From: Mucisphaera calidilacus
GTDB taxonomy: Bacteria > Planctomycetota > Phycisphaerae > Phycisphaerales > Phycisphaeraceae
Direction: 5' to 3'
DNA length: 32,000 bases
Assembly (NCBI RefSeq): GCF_007748075.1
Contig: NZ_CP036280.1
Location: 1,170,001-1,202,000, forward strand
Part shown: piece after piece, positions 24,930 through 32,000 of the stretch
Layout of the letters: each line of letters opens with the position of its first letter
Position numbering within the stretch: the first letter of the stretch is position 1
Made by a program: the position numbers and the translations under genes
Notes under the pieces: model-generated
Databases searched by the model: none
The model's input: only the letters and a program-made list of their open reading frames with translations
Told to the model about the DNA's origin: nothing

Positions 24930-24990
24930 TCGTTGGGTCTCCTTACGGGCATTGGCCCGTGTTTTCAGTCCCTTTGTGGTGTAACGAGGG

Positions 24991-25019
24991 ACTATATCTT
25001 GGGGTCGGGGGCTTGCCAA
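24991..25019 (-). promoter_or_regulatory. Sigma70-like promoter dedicated to acpP (TTGGCA-N17-TATAGT)
   Basis: The minus strand reads TTGGCA (25019-25014), a 17-nt spacer, TATAGT (24996-24991). It lies in the fabG-acpP spacer, 62 nt upstream of the acpP ATG. A 6-bp hairpin, ACGGGC-caat-GCCCGT (24945-24960), lies just before the SD. Confidence 0.45.
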
Positions 25020-25051
25020 GCGTGTGCCTGGCGTCGTGATTGGTTGTTGTA

Positions 25052-25801
25052 TCAGGTCATGGTCATGCCGCCGTCGACGGTGACGACCTGCCCGGTGACG
25101 TACCCGGCGTTTTCGTCGGCGAGGAAGGCGACGGCGTGGGCGATTTCCTCGGGTTGTCCGAATCGTCGCAGGGGTGTGATCTGCTTGACGCTGTCCTTGA
25201 TGGTGTCGGGGAGGACGTCGGTCATGTCGGTCTGGACGAATCCGGGCGCGACGACGTTGGCGGTGATGTTTTTGGGTGCGAGCTCCTTGGCGACGGAGCG
25301 TGTCATTCCGATGATGCCGGCCTTGGCGGCGGCGTAGTTGGTCTGGCCGGCGTTGCCGACGAGTCCGGCGACGGATCCGACGTTGATGATGCGTCCCCAC
25401 TTGCCGCGCATCATGGGTCTTGCGGCGGCGCGGGTGGCCTCGAAGACGGAGCGGAGGTTGGTGGCGATGACCTGGTCGAATTCTTCGTCGGTCATGCGGA
25501 GCAGGAGGTTGTCGCGTGTGATGCCGGCGTTGTTGACGAGGATGTCGAGTCTGCCGTGGTCGGCGACGACCTTCTCGATGAGCGCGGCGAGGGTGCCCTG
25601 AGTGCTGATGTCGCAGGTGGCGACGGAGGCGCTGCCGTTGTCGTTTTCGATCTGCTGTTTGACGGCTTCGAGTTTGTCGGCGTTGCGTGCGACGCAGACG
25701 ACGTGTCGTCCCTGGCGGGCGAGTGCGCGAGCGGCGGCGGCGCCGATGCCTCGTGAGGCACCGGTGACGATGGCGACGCGTTGTGTATCGGTGTCGGTCA
25801 T
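25052..25801 (-). CDS. fabG: 3-oxoacyl-ACP reductase
   Basis: 249 aa SDR. It has TGASRGIG (NADP-binding), NNAG, the catalytic YAAAKAG (YxxxK), and the C-terminal [12 protein letters not shown]. Confidence 0.93.
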   Translation of the reverse strand: MTDTDTQRVAIVTGASRGIGAAAARALARQGRHVVCVARNADKLEAVKQQIENDNGSASVATCDISTQGTLAALIEKVVADHGRLDILVNNAGITRDNLLLRMTDEEFDQVIATNLRSVFEATRAAARPMMRGKWGRIINVGSVAGLVGNAGQTNYAAAKAGIIGMTRSVAKELAPKNITANVVAPGFVQTDMTDVLPDTIKDSVKQITPLRRFGQPEEIAHAVAFLADENAGYVTGQVVTVDGGMTMT

Positions 25802-25832
25802 GGTGGTCGTCTCGGGTCAGGTGTGGGCGTGA

Positions 25833-26780
25833 TCAGGCGGGTTCGGCGTGGTTCCTGACCTTGATGGAGCGGTCGATGCGTCGCATGAGTCCCGAGAGGA
25901 CTCGGCCGGGTGCGAGTTCGCGGAACTGGCTGAAGCTGAAGTCCTGAGCGGCGAGGCCCATGGACTGGGTCCAGCGTACGGGGTGGGTGAGCTGGTTGAC
26001 GAGTTGTTCGCGGATGGCGTCGGGGTTGTCGTCGTGGGGCTGTCCGGTGACGTTGGCGATGACGGGGACGCGTGGCGCTGTGAAGGGTGTCTGGACGAGG
26101 GCTTCGCGGAGCTTGTTGGCGGCGGGTGCCATGATGGGCGAGTGGAAGGCGCCGGCGACGGCGAGGGGTGTGGGCTTGAGGCCCATTTCGTCGGCGACCT
26201 TGACGGCGCGTTCGCAGGCGTCGGTGCTGCCCGAGACGACGACCTGCATGGGCGAGTTGTAGTTGGCGGGGACGAGGATGCCTTCGCCACGCGCCTTGTC
26301 GCAGAGTTCGAGGATTTTCTCCTCGGTGACGTCGCCCGTGACGGCGACCATGGAGGAGTCGGCTGCCTCGGCGGCCTGCTGCATGGCTTCGCCACGGAGC
26401 TGTACGAGTTTGAGTCCGTTCTCGAAGGTAACGGCGTCGGCGAGGTGGAGCGCTGTGAATTCGCCGAGCGAGAGTCCGGCGGTCATGGCGAGGTCGTCGG
26501 GGTTGAGTTCGCCGGTCTCGACGAGTCCTCGGTAGGAGGCGACGGAGGCGGTGTAGATGGCGGGTTGTGCGCGGTCGGTGCGGTTGAGGACGTCTTCGGG
26601 TCCGTCGAAGCAGAGTGAGGTGAGGTCGTAGCCGAGGATGTCGTTGGCCTGCTGGAAGACGTCGCGTGCTGCTGCGGAGGCTTCGGCCCACGACTTACCC
26701 ATGCCGATGTGCTGTGCGCCCTGTCCGGGGCAGAGGAGTGCGACGGCGGTCACGGTCTGGGTAGCTGCGTTGCTGCTCAT
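25833..26780 (-). CDS. fabD: Malonyl-CoA:ACP transacylase
   Basis: 315 aa. It has GQGAQHIGMG, the active-site GLSLGEF, and VAGAFHSPIM. Confidence 0.93.
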   Translation of the reverse strand: MSSNAATQTVTAVALLCPGQGAQHIGMGKSWAEASAAARDVFQQANDILGYDLTSLCFDGPEDVLNRTDRAQPAIYTASVASYRGLVETGELNPDDLAMTAGLSLGEFTALHLADAVTFENGLKLVQLRGEAMQQAAEAADSSMVAVTGDVTEEKILELCDKARGEGILVPANYNSPMQVVVSGSTDACERAVKVADEMGLKPTPLAVAGAFHSPIMAPAANKLREALVQTPFTAPRVPVIANVTGQPHDDNPDAIREQLVNQLTHPVRWTQSMGLAAQDFSFSQFRELAPGRVLSGLMRRIDRSIKVRNHAEPA

Positions 26781-26806
26781 CGGAGTTTCTCGCGGGTGGT
26801 GAACGA

Positions 26807-27817
26807 TCAGAATCGCCAGAGTGACGTTGTCCAGGTGAGTCCGCCGCCTATGGCGAGGAAGAGGACGTAGTCGTTATCGGCGATCCGGCCTTCGGTACGC
26901 TGTTCGTGGAGGGCGATGGGAACACTGGCTGCGGAGGTATTTCCGTAGCGGTCAATATTGATACAGAACTTCTCGGGGGGCAATTTTAGTCGCGTTCTGG
27001 CGGCCTCGAGGATGCGGAGGTTGGACTGGTGGGGGATGACCATCGCGAGTTCGTCGGATGTAACCCCTGATTTTTCAAGGGTTTCATCGATCACCGCCTG
27101 TGTGGTGGTGACGGCAAACTTGAAGATTTCGCGGCCGTTCATCTGGATGGTGTTGAAGTTTCCGGAGAAGACGCCCTCGGCGCCGTCAACGGGTATATGT
27201 CCTTCGTGGCGAGGGAGATAGAGTTCTCTCCATCGGTCGCCATCGGATCTCATGGTCTGGTAGAGGCAGCCGCGTTCGGGGTTGTCGTCGGCGGTGACGA
27301 CGGCGGCTCCGGCGCCGTCGCCGAAGAGGACGCAGGTGCGTCGATCGGTGAAATCGACGACGCGTGAGAGGGTTTCGGCCCCGACGACGCCGATGTTGCT
27401 CGCGTGGCCGGACTGGATGAGTCCTGCGGCGAGGTTGAGGGCGTAGACGAAGCCGGAGCAGGCTGCGGAGAGGTCCATGGCGCCGGCGGGCACGGCTCCG
27501 AGTCTGGAGACGAGCTGGGCGGCGCTGGAGGGGCAGGCCATCTCGGGGGTCATGGTGGCGAGGATGACGAGGTCGAGCTGGTCGGGCTCGATCTTGGCCT
27601 GGTCGAGAGCCTCGCGCATGGCGTCGGCACCGAGGTCGACGACGGTCTGGTCGCCTGCTGCGATGCGTCGCTGCTGGATGCCGGTGCGCTGCGTGATCCA
27701 CTCGTCGTTGGTGTCGACGATGCGGCTGAGGTCCTGATTGGTGAGCACTCGGTCGGGCACGGCAAGGCCGGTGCCGGCTAGGCGTACGCCGCGGCCGGTG
27801 CCTGTCCGTGTGATCAT
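26807..27817 (-). CDS. fabH: Beta-ketoacyl-ACP synthase III
   Basis: 336 aa. It has the catalytic triad context ACSGFVYAL (Cys), PHQSN (His) and GNTSAAS (Asn). Its ATG overlaps the plsX TGA as ATGA. Confidence 0.93.
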   Translation of the reverse strand: MITRTGTGRGVRLAGTGLAVPDRVLTNQDLSRIVDTNDEWITQRTGIQQRRIAAGDQTVVDLGADAMREALDQAKIEPDQLDLVILATMTPEMACPSSAAQLVSRLGAVPAGAMDLSAACSGFVYALNLAAGLIQSGHASNIGVVGAETLSRVVDFTDRRTCVLFGDGAGAAVVTADDNPERGCLYQTMRSDGDRWRELYLPRHEGHIPVDGAEGVFSGNFNTIQMNGREIFKFAVTTTQAVIDETLEKSGVTSDELAMVIPHQSNLRILEAARTRLKLPPEKFCINIDRYGNTSAASVPIALHEQRTEGRIADNDYVLFLAIGGGLTWTTSLWRF

Positions 27818-28848
27818 GCGGCTCCCTCGGTTTGCGGGATCGAGGTGTCGTCGAGCGCATCGATGATGCGGTCGTTGACACGGTGTTCGATATAGCTGAT
27901 GGCGGAGCGAATGGCCGCGACGACGGTTCGTGATTCGCTGGAGCCGTGCATGATGAGGCAGGTTCCGTTGGCGCCGAGGAGGGGCGCTCCGCCGAACTCG
28001 TGATAATCGTGCTTGCGGTAGATGTTCTTGACGACGGGCCCGAACTTCATGGCCATCTCGGGGTCGGTTTCGGCGATCTCGGAGGCGATGGTTTTGAAGA
28101 GTCCCGCTGCGAGTCCTTCGGCGAGTTTGAGGACGACGTTGCCGGTGAAGCCTTCGGTGATGACGACGGTGGCTTTCCCGTTGAAGATGTCGCGTCCCTC
28201 GACGTATCCGATGTAGTTGACCGTGCCGTCGTCCTTGAGGAGCTGGTGTGTCTCCTTGACGAGGATGTTGCCCTTGGTTTCTTCTCCGCCGATGGAGAGG
28301 AGTGCGACGCGGGGCTTGTCGATGCCGATGATCTGCTCGGCGTAGACGGCGGCCATGCGTGCGTACTGGTGGAGGTGTGTGGGTCTTGGTTCGGGGTTGG
28401 CTCCGACGTCGCAGACGACGACGGGTCCGTGGAAGGTGGGCATGGTGACGGCGATGCCGGGGCGGTGGACGCCGGCGAGTCGCCTCATGGACATCTGGGC
28501 GGCGGCGACGCAGGCCCCGGTGTTGCCGGCGCTGATGACGACGTCGCAGTACTGGTCGCCTGCCTTGCGTCCCCCGAGTGCCATGAGGCGGACGATGGAG
28601 CTGTCGGGCTTGCTCCGGAGGGCGGCGACAGGTCCTTCACCCATGTCGATGACCTGGGTGGTGGGCACGATTTCGATCTGGGGGTGGTCGGCAAGTCCTG
28701 CCTGTTCCATACCCTGGCGGATGACCTGTTCGTCGCCAACGAGGACGAGTGTGTGGTCATCGCCGAGGATCGGGACGGCATCGAGACATCCGGTCAGGAC
28801 CGCCGCGGGAGCGTGGTCCCCACCCATGACGTCGACTGCGATGCGCAC
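27814..28848 (-). CDS. plsX: Phosphate:acyl-ACP acyltransferase
   Basis: 344 aa. MRIAVDVMGGDHAP is the characteristic N-terminus. The GTG start shares one base with the rpmF TAG (TAGTG). Confidence 0.92.
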   Translation of the reverse strand: MRIAVDVMGGDHAPAAVLTGCLDAVPILGDDHTLVLVGDEQVIRQGMEQAGLADHPQIEIVPTTQVIDMGEGPVAALRSKPDSSIVRLMALGGRKAGDQYCDVVISAGNTGACVAAAQMSMRRLAGVHRPGIAVTMPTFHGPVVVCDVGANPEPRPTHLHQYARMAAVYAEQIIGIDKPRVALLSIGGEETKGNILVKETHQLLKDDGTVNYIGYVEGRDIFNGKATVVITEGFTGNVVLKLAEGLAAGLFKTIASEIAETDPEMAMKFGPVVKNIYRKHDYHEFGGAPLLGANGTCLIMHGSSESRTVVAAIRSAISYIEHRVNDRIIDALDDTSIPQTEGAA

Positions 28849-29036
28849 TAGCTATCCTTGTTGTTGTTCAGGTTGAGCTTGAGACCGGGGCGGACGTACC
28901 CGCAGTTGTTGCAGGCGCTGTGTGGGGTTTTGGGCCCGCCACAGTTGGGGCAGTTGACCCATTGTCCGGCGCGTAAGCCATCGTGGGAACGTCGTTTACG
29001 GCCTTGGGTACGCGTTTGGCGTTGAACAGGGACCAT
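28848..29036 (-). CDS. rpmF: 50S ribosomal protein L32
   Basis: 62 aa. It has a basic N-terminus (QRQTRTQGRKRRSH) and a CPNCG...CNNCG zinc-ribbon. AAGGA lies 6 nt upstream of ATG 29036. It holds the classic position ahead of plsX-fab. Confidence 0.88.
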   Translation of the reverse strand: MVPVQRQTRTQGRKRRSHDGLRAGQWVNCPNCGGPKTPHSACNNCGYVRPGLKLNLNNNKDS

Positions 29037-29190
29037 AGCTCATCCTTGGTAGCCGGCGGGATTGCCGGTCGGCTCATCGGTCGTCAATGTCCGGCTGAAA
29101 AGAGGCCGCCGGGCCGGTTAAGCGAAGTTCCACAGGGTACTTGTTGGTTGTCGGAAGGTCAAGCTGACGGTTGCATAACGCTAACAAATC

Positions 29191-29221
29191 GGGCGGGGGC
29201 TTTGGGGGGGCCTTCGGGGGG
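29191..29221 (+). other. Canonical G-quadruplex-forming motif (G3-N1-G5-N4-G7-N5-G6)
   Basis: GGGCGGGGGCTTTGGGGGGGCCTTCGGGGGG lies on the + strand and ends 2 nt before the symporter stop codon (29224-29226). The corresponding minus-strand transcript is an extremely C-rich, G-poor tract. Confidence 0.6.
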
Positions 29222-29223
29222 AA

Positions 29224-31257
29224 TCAGTGGTCCTGAGCGGCCTCGATCTGGACGGCGGGGCCGGCGTGCTCGGGTTCGCGTAGTTCGGCGATCATCTCGC
29301 GGGTCTGGTCGTCGGGCCCCGGGGTGAGGGGCGTGAGGATGAGGGTGACGGCGAAGTTGATGATCATGCCGACGACGCCGATGCCCTGGGGGTTGATGTT
29401 CCAGAGCCATGGTGTTCGGAGGGGTGAGTCGGTGCCGAGGAGTGCGTCGGCGAGTTCGGGTCCGAGGATGATGTGTGCCTTGTTGCCGAGGATGTAGAGG
29501 GCGGTGAAGCCGATGCCTGCGACCATGCCGGTGATGGCGGGGATGGCGCCGACGCGGAGGTTGAAGATGCCGAGGACGAGGGCGGGGAAGAAGCTGGCGG
29601 CGGCGAGGCCGAAGGCGAAGGCGACGACCTCGCTGACGAAGCCGGGGGGGTAGATGCCGAAGTAGCCGGCGACGGCAACGGCAACGGCGAGGGCGATGGT
29701 GACGCGTCCGACGAGGAGACGCTGTTTTTCGGAGGCTTCGGGGTTGAGGATGCGGTAGTAGAGGTCGTGGGCGACGGAGGAGGAGATGACGAGCAGGAGT
29801 CCGCTGGCGGTGGAGAGGGCGGCGGCGAGTCCGCCTGCGGCGATGAGGGCGATGATCCAGTCGGCGAGCTCGGCCATCTCGGGGGTTGCGAGGACGATGA
29901 TGTCGCGGTCGGGTCCGGAGAGTCCGCGTTGGTGGAGCTGGGTACGGCCGTCGGTGCCGGCGGCGCCCTGGGTGTCGAGCCATTGCTGGTGTGCGAGTCG
30001 GATGTCGGTGAGGTCGTTTTCACTGAGGGAGCCGCGGCGGAAGATTTCGTTGTCGTCGGTGTTGCTGTAGCGGACTTTTCCGTCGCCGTCGTCGAGCCAG
30101 AGGATGAGTCCGGTGCGTTGCCAGTTGCGGAACCAGTGGGGTATTTCGGAGGCGACGGTGGTGCCTGCGGCGGCGTTGCGGTGGAGGTAGATGGTGCGTC
30201 CGTTGTCGGTGGTGATTCGGTCGATGCCTTGCTGGTAGAGGTTGTCGTGGTCGGTTGCGTGTGTGGCGGTATCGGCGACGGCCTGGCGGCCGTTGATGGA
30301 CTCGATCATGTAGTAGCGTGCGAAGGAGGCGACGGCGGGTGCGGTGAGGTAGAGCAGGGCGATGAAGAAGAGTGCGTAGAAGCCGGACCAGCGGGCGGCG
30401 GCGACGTTCTTGACGGTGTAGAAGCGGACGATGACGTGGGGGAGGCCGGCGGTGCCGCACATGAGGGCGAGGGTGACGCAGGCGACGTTGAGCATGTTCC
30501 ATGGGGAACCCTCGACGAAGGGCTGGGTGTAGCTGGCGAATCCGAGTTCGTCGTGGAGTTGGTTGAGGCGCTCGAGGAGGGAGATGCCGGAGGGGTTGTT
30601 GTTGGTGTCGAGGAGTTCGCTGCCGAGGCCGAGTTGTGGGATGGGGTTTCCGGTGAGCTGGATGGAGATGGCGATGGCGGGGATGAGGAAGGCGGTGATG
30701 AGGACCCAGTACTGGGCGACCTGGGTCCAGGTGATGCCTTTCATGCCGCCGAGGATGGCGTAGACGAGGACGATGGTCATGCCGATGTAGACGCCTACGG
30801 AGACGTCGACTTCGAGGAATCGTGAGAAGACGACGCCGACGCCACGCATCTGCCCGGCGACGTAGGTGAAGCTGACGAAGATCGCGCAGACGACGGCGAC
30901 GATTCGCGCGGTGGAGGAGTTGTAGCGGTCGCCGATGAAGTCGGGGACGGTGTAGCGGCCGAACTTGCGGAGGTAAGGGGCGAGCATGAGTGCGAGGAGG
31001 ACGTATCCGCCAGTCCATCCCATGAGGTAGACGCCCCCTGCGTAGCCGAGCGTGGAGATGATGCCGGCCATGGAGATGAAGGAGGCGGCGGACATCCAGT
31101 CGGCGGCGGTTGCCATGCCGTTGGCGGCTGCGGGGACGCCCTGTCCGGCGACGTAGAAGCCCTTGGTGTCGCGGACGCGGCTGATCCAGGCGATGGCGAG
31201 GTAGAGGGCGAAGCTGAGTCCGACGAGTAGGAAGGTCCAGAGTCTGACGGGGTTCAT
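29224..31257 (-). CDS. Sodium:solute symporter family protein (ActP-like, VC_2705-type large subunit)
   Basis: 677 aa. It is colinear with the cation/acetate symporter ActP (GFYVAGQGVPAAANGMATAADWMSAASFISMAG...LRKFGRYTVPDFIGDRY...GGMKGITWTQV). It is preceded by a DUF4212 gene, with GGAG 7 nt before ATG 31257. It contains a hydrophilic insert of about 145 aa (residues about 316-462). Confidence 0.88.
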   Translation of the reverse strand: MNPVRLWTFLLVGLSFALYLAIAWISRVRDTKGFYVAGQGVPAAANGMATAADWMSAASFISMAGIISTLGYAGGVYLMGWTGGYVLLALMLAPYLRKFGRYTVPDFIGDRYNSSTARIVAVVCAIFVSFTYVAGQMRGVGVVFSRFLEVDVSVGVYIGMTIVLVYAILGGMKGITWTQVAQYWVLITAFLIPAIAISIQLTGNPIPQLGLGSELLDTNNNPSGISLLERLNQLHDELGFASYTQPFVEGSPWNMLNVACVTLALMCGTAGLPHVIVRFYTVKNVAAARWSGFYALFFIALLYLTAPAVASFARYYMIESINGRQAVADTATHATDHDNLYQQGIDRITTDNGRTIYLHRNAAAGTTVASEIPHWFRNWQRTGLILWLDDGDGKVRYSNTDDNEIFRRGSLSENDLTDIRLAHQQWLDTQGAAGTDGRTQLHQRGLSGPDRDIIVLATPEMAELADWIIALIAAGGLAAALSTASGLLLVISSSVAHDLYYRILNPEASEKQRLLVGRVTIALAVAVAVAGYFGIYPPGFVSEVVAFAFGLAAASFFPALVLGIFNLRVGAIPAITGMVAGIGFTALYILGNKAHIILGPELADALLGTDSPLRTPWLWNINPQGIGVVGMIINFAVTLILTPLTPGPDDQTREMIAELREPEHAGPAVQIEAAQDH

Positions 31258-31268
31258 TCAGCGGCTCC

Positions 31269-31565
31269 TCACGGTGTTTGGGCGGGTTGTGAGGAGGCGA
31301 CTTGATCGTGGTACCACCGGTCGAGGCGGTTCATGAGCAGGGCGTAGGCGAGGATGATGATGACGAAGGTGGCGATGCTGCCCTGCTGGGCGAACCAGAA
31401 CCCGAGGGGTATGCCGAAGGGCTCGTAGGTGTTGAGGTAGGGGGCGGCGGCGATGCCGAGGCCGAAGCTGACGGCGGCCCAGAGCGTGAGCAGAGCGCCC
31501 ATGTAGGCGAGGTTCCAGCGCCAGTAGGCGTTCCTGGCGCTGTGGTCGGTTGGCGGGTGGGTCAT
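31269..31565 (-). CDS. DUF4212 protein (putative solute:sodium symporter small subunit)
   Basis: 98 aa with two TM helices. It has the motifs YWRWNL...LWAAVSFG...GIPLGFWFAQQGSIATFVIIILAYALLMNRLD, characteristic of DUF4212 partners of VC_2705-type symporters. Confidence 0.82.
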   Translation of the reverse strand: MTHPPTDHSARNAYWRWNLAYMGALLTLWAAVSFGLGIAAAPYLNTYEPFGIPLGFWFAQQGSIATFVIIILAYALLMNRLDRWYHDQVASSQPAQTP

Positions 31566-31649
31566 GTGCGAGCCTGCTTTCGTGAATCTTGTGATGCACG
31601 GACAGGCTAAGCGTCGCGGAAAATCGGAGCAAGTGGTTTTATGACGTGG

Positions 31650-32000
31650 TCACTGGCTGGCCTGCGAGGGTTCGGCTTCGTCTTTTTTTTGGGGTGTGGC
31701 GGCGAACTGTTGGACGATGGTTCCCTGGCGGCTTTCGATGGTGATCTGGTATCGGCCGTCGGGTTCGAGCGGTTTGGGTCGGACGTCGTGTCGCATGCCG
31801 CGTGCGCGTTGACCGTACATGAAAGCCTGGATGTCGCGGTAATCGGCGCCGCGTGGGATGGATCGCCAGATGGGGTCGGCCTCGAGTCCAAAAAGCGGCT
31901 GGAACCATTCGCCGTCGTCGTTTTTTTCGAGGCGGTGTACCTCTATCATGGAGACCTGGCAGGTTTGATTGAGGCCGAAGAGGATGTCGGCGGCGGCTTT
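31650..32000 (-). CDS. Hypothetical protein (5' end may lie beyond the window)
   Basis: The composition is balanced and non-repetitive (MIEVHRLEKNDDGEWFQPLFGLEADPIWRSIPRGADYRDIQAFMYGQRARGM...). The frame stays open upstream of ATG 31949 to the window edge. I recognise no family. Confidence 0.4.
   Translation of the reverse strand, partial: KAAADILFGLNQTCQVSMIEVHRLEKNDDGEWFQPLFGLEADPIWRSIPRGADYRDIQAFMYGQRARGMRHDVRPKPLEPDGRYQITIESRQGTIVQQFAATPQKKDEAEPSQASQ

Noticed and set aside
23039-26691. Long alternative-frame ORFs across the fab cluster (23039-24151, 24597-25337, the 24681-25400 extension, 25040-25756, 25798-26691, 25848-26618 and others)
   Set aside because: Each overlaps a canonical fab or acpP gene that has intact catalytic motifs. 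The translations are Arg/Pro or Gly/Asp/Val low-complexity. For 24681-25400, only the last 82 codons (acpP) are real.
29159-31018. ORFs 29159-29983, 29364-30023, 29473-30825 and 30020-31018 overlapping the symporter
   Set aside because: They are off-frame or antisense to a colinear SSS-family transporter, with Arg/Pro/His or Gly/Asp/Glu low-complexity translations.

Overview
High-GC bacterial chromosomal window with 25 protein-coding loci (24 apparently intact, 1 interrupted) and 3 tRNAs. I see no rRNA, CRISPR array, transposase or integrase. The lineage is only a guess: a PEP-CTERM plus dockerin-like tail on one protein suggests a PVC-type or similar organism.

Gene content, left to right:
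- A bidirectional terminator, then initiator tRNA-fMet (-).
- A 1194-aa pyruvate:ferredoxin oxidoreductase (-).
- A 480-bp AT-richer intergenic region.
- A secreted alpha/beta-hydrolase with a dockerin-like and PEP-CTERM tail (+). An in-frame TAA separates its signal peptide from the catalytic domain.
- A 570-bp gene-poor stretch holding tRNA-Glu (-), seven helically phased A-tracts and an AT-rich patch.
- A 4xPAS hybrid histidine kinase (+).
- RND efflux system 1, MFP-RND-OMF (-), preceded on the same strand by a YqhA-family membrane protein and a minimal K+ channel.
- A divergent AT-rich control region.
- marR, a terminator, then RND efflux system 2, MFP-RND-OMF (+).
- tRNA-Val and tatA (-).
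- The canonical rpmF-plsX-fabH-fabD-fabG-acpP-fabF cluster (-).
- A DUF4212 small subunit plus a VC_2705-type Na+/solute symporter (-).
- A partial hypothetical ORF at the right edge.

The most unusual signal is not a gene. The + strand switches sharply from C>G (1 to about 5.9 kb) to strongly G>C (about 6.5 to 32 kb) regardless of gene orientation, and the switch is centred on the gene-poor stretch with the phased A-tracts. That is the signature of a replication origin with no dnaA/dnaN nearby, or else of a large rearrangement breakpoint.

Many long Arg/Pro/His-rich ORFs in the supplied track are antisense or off-frame artefacts of the high GC content and are rejected.
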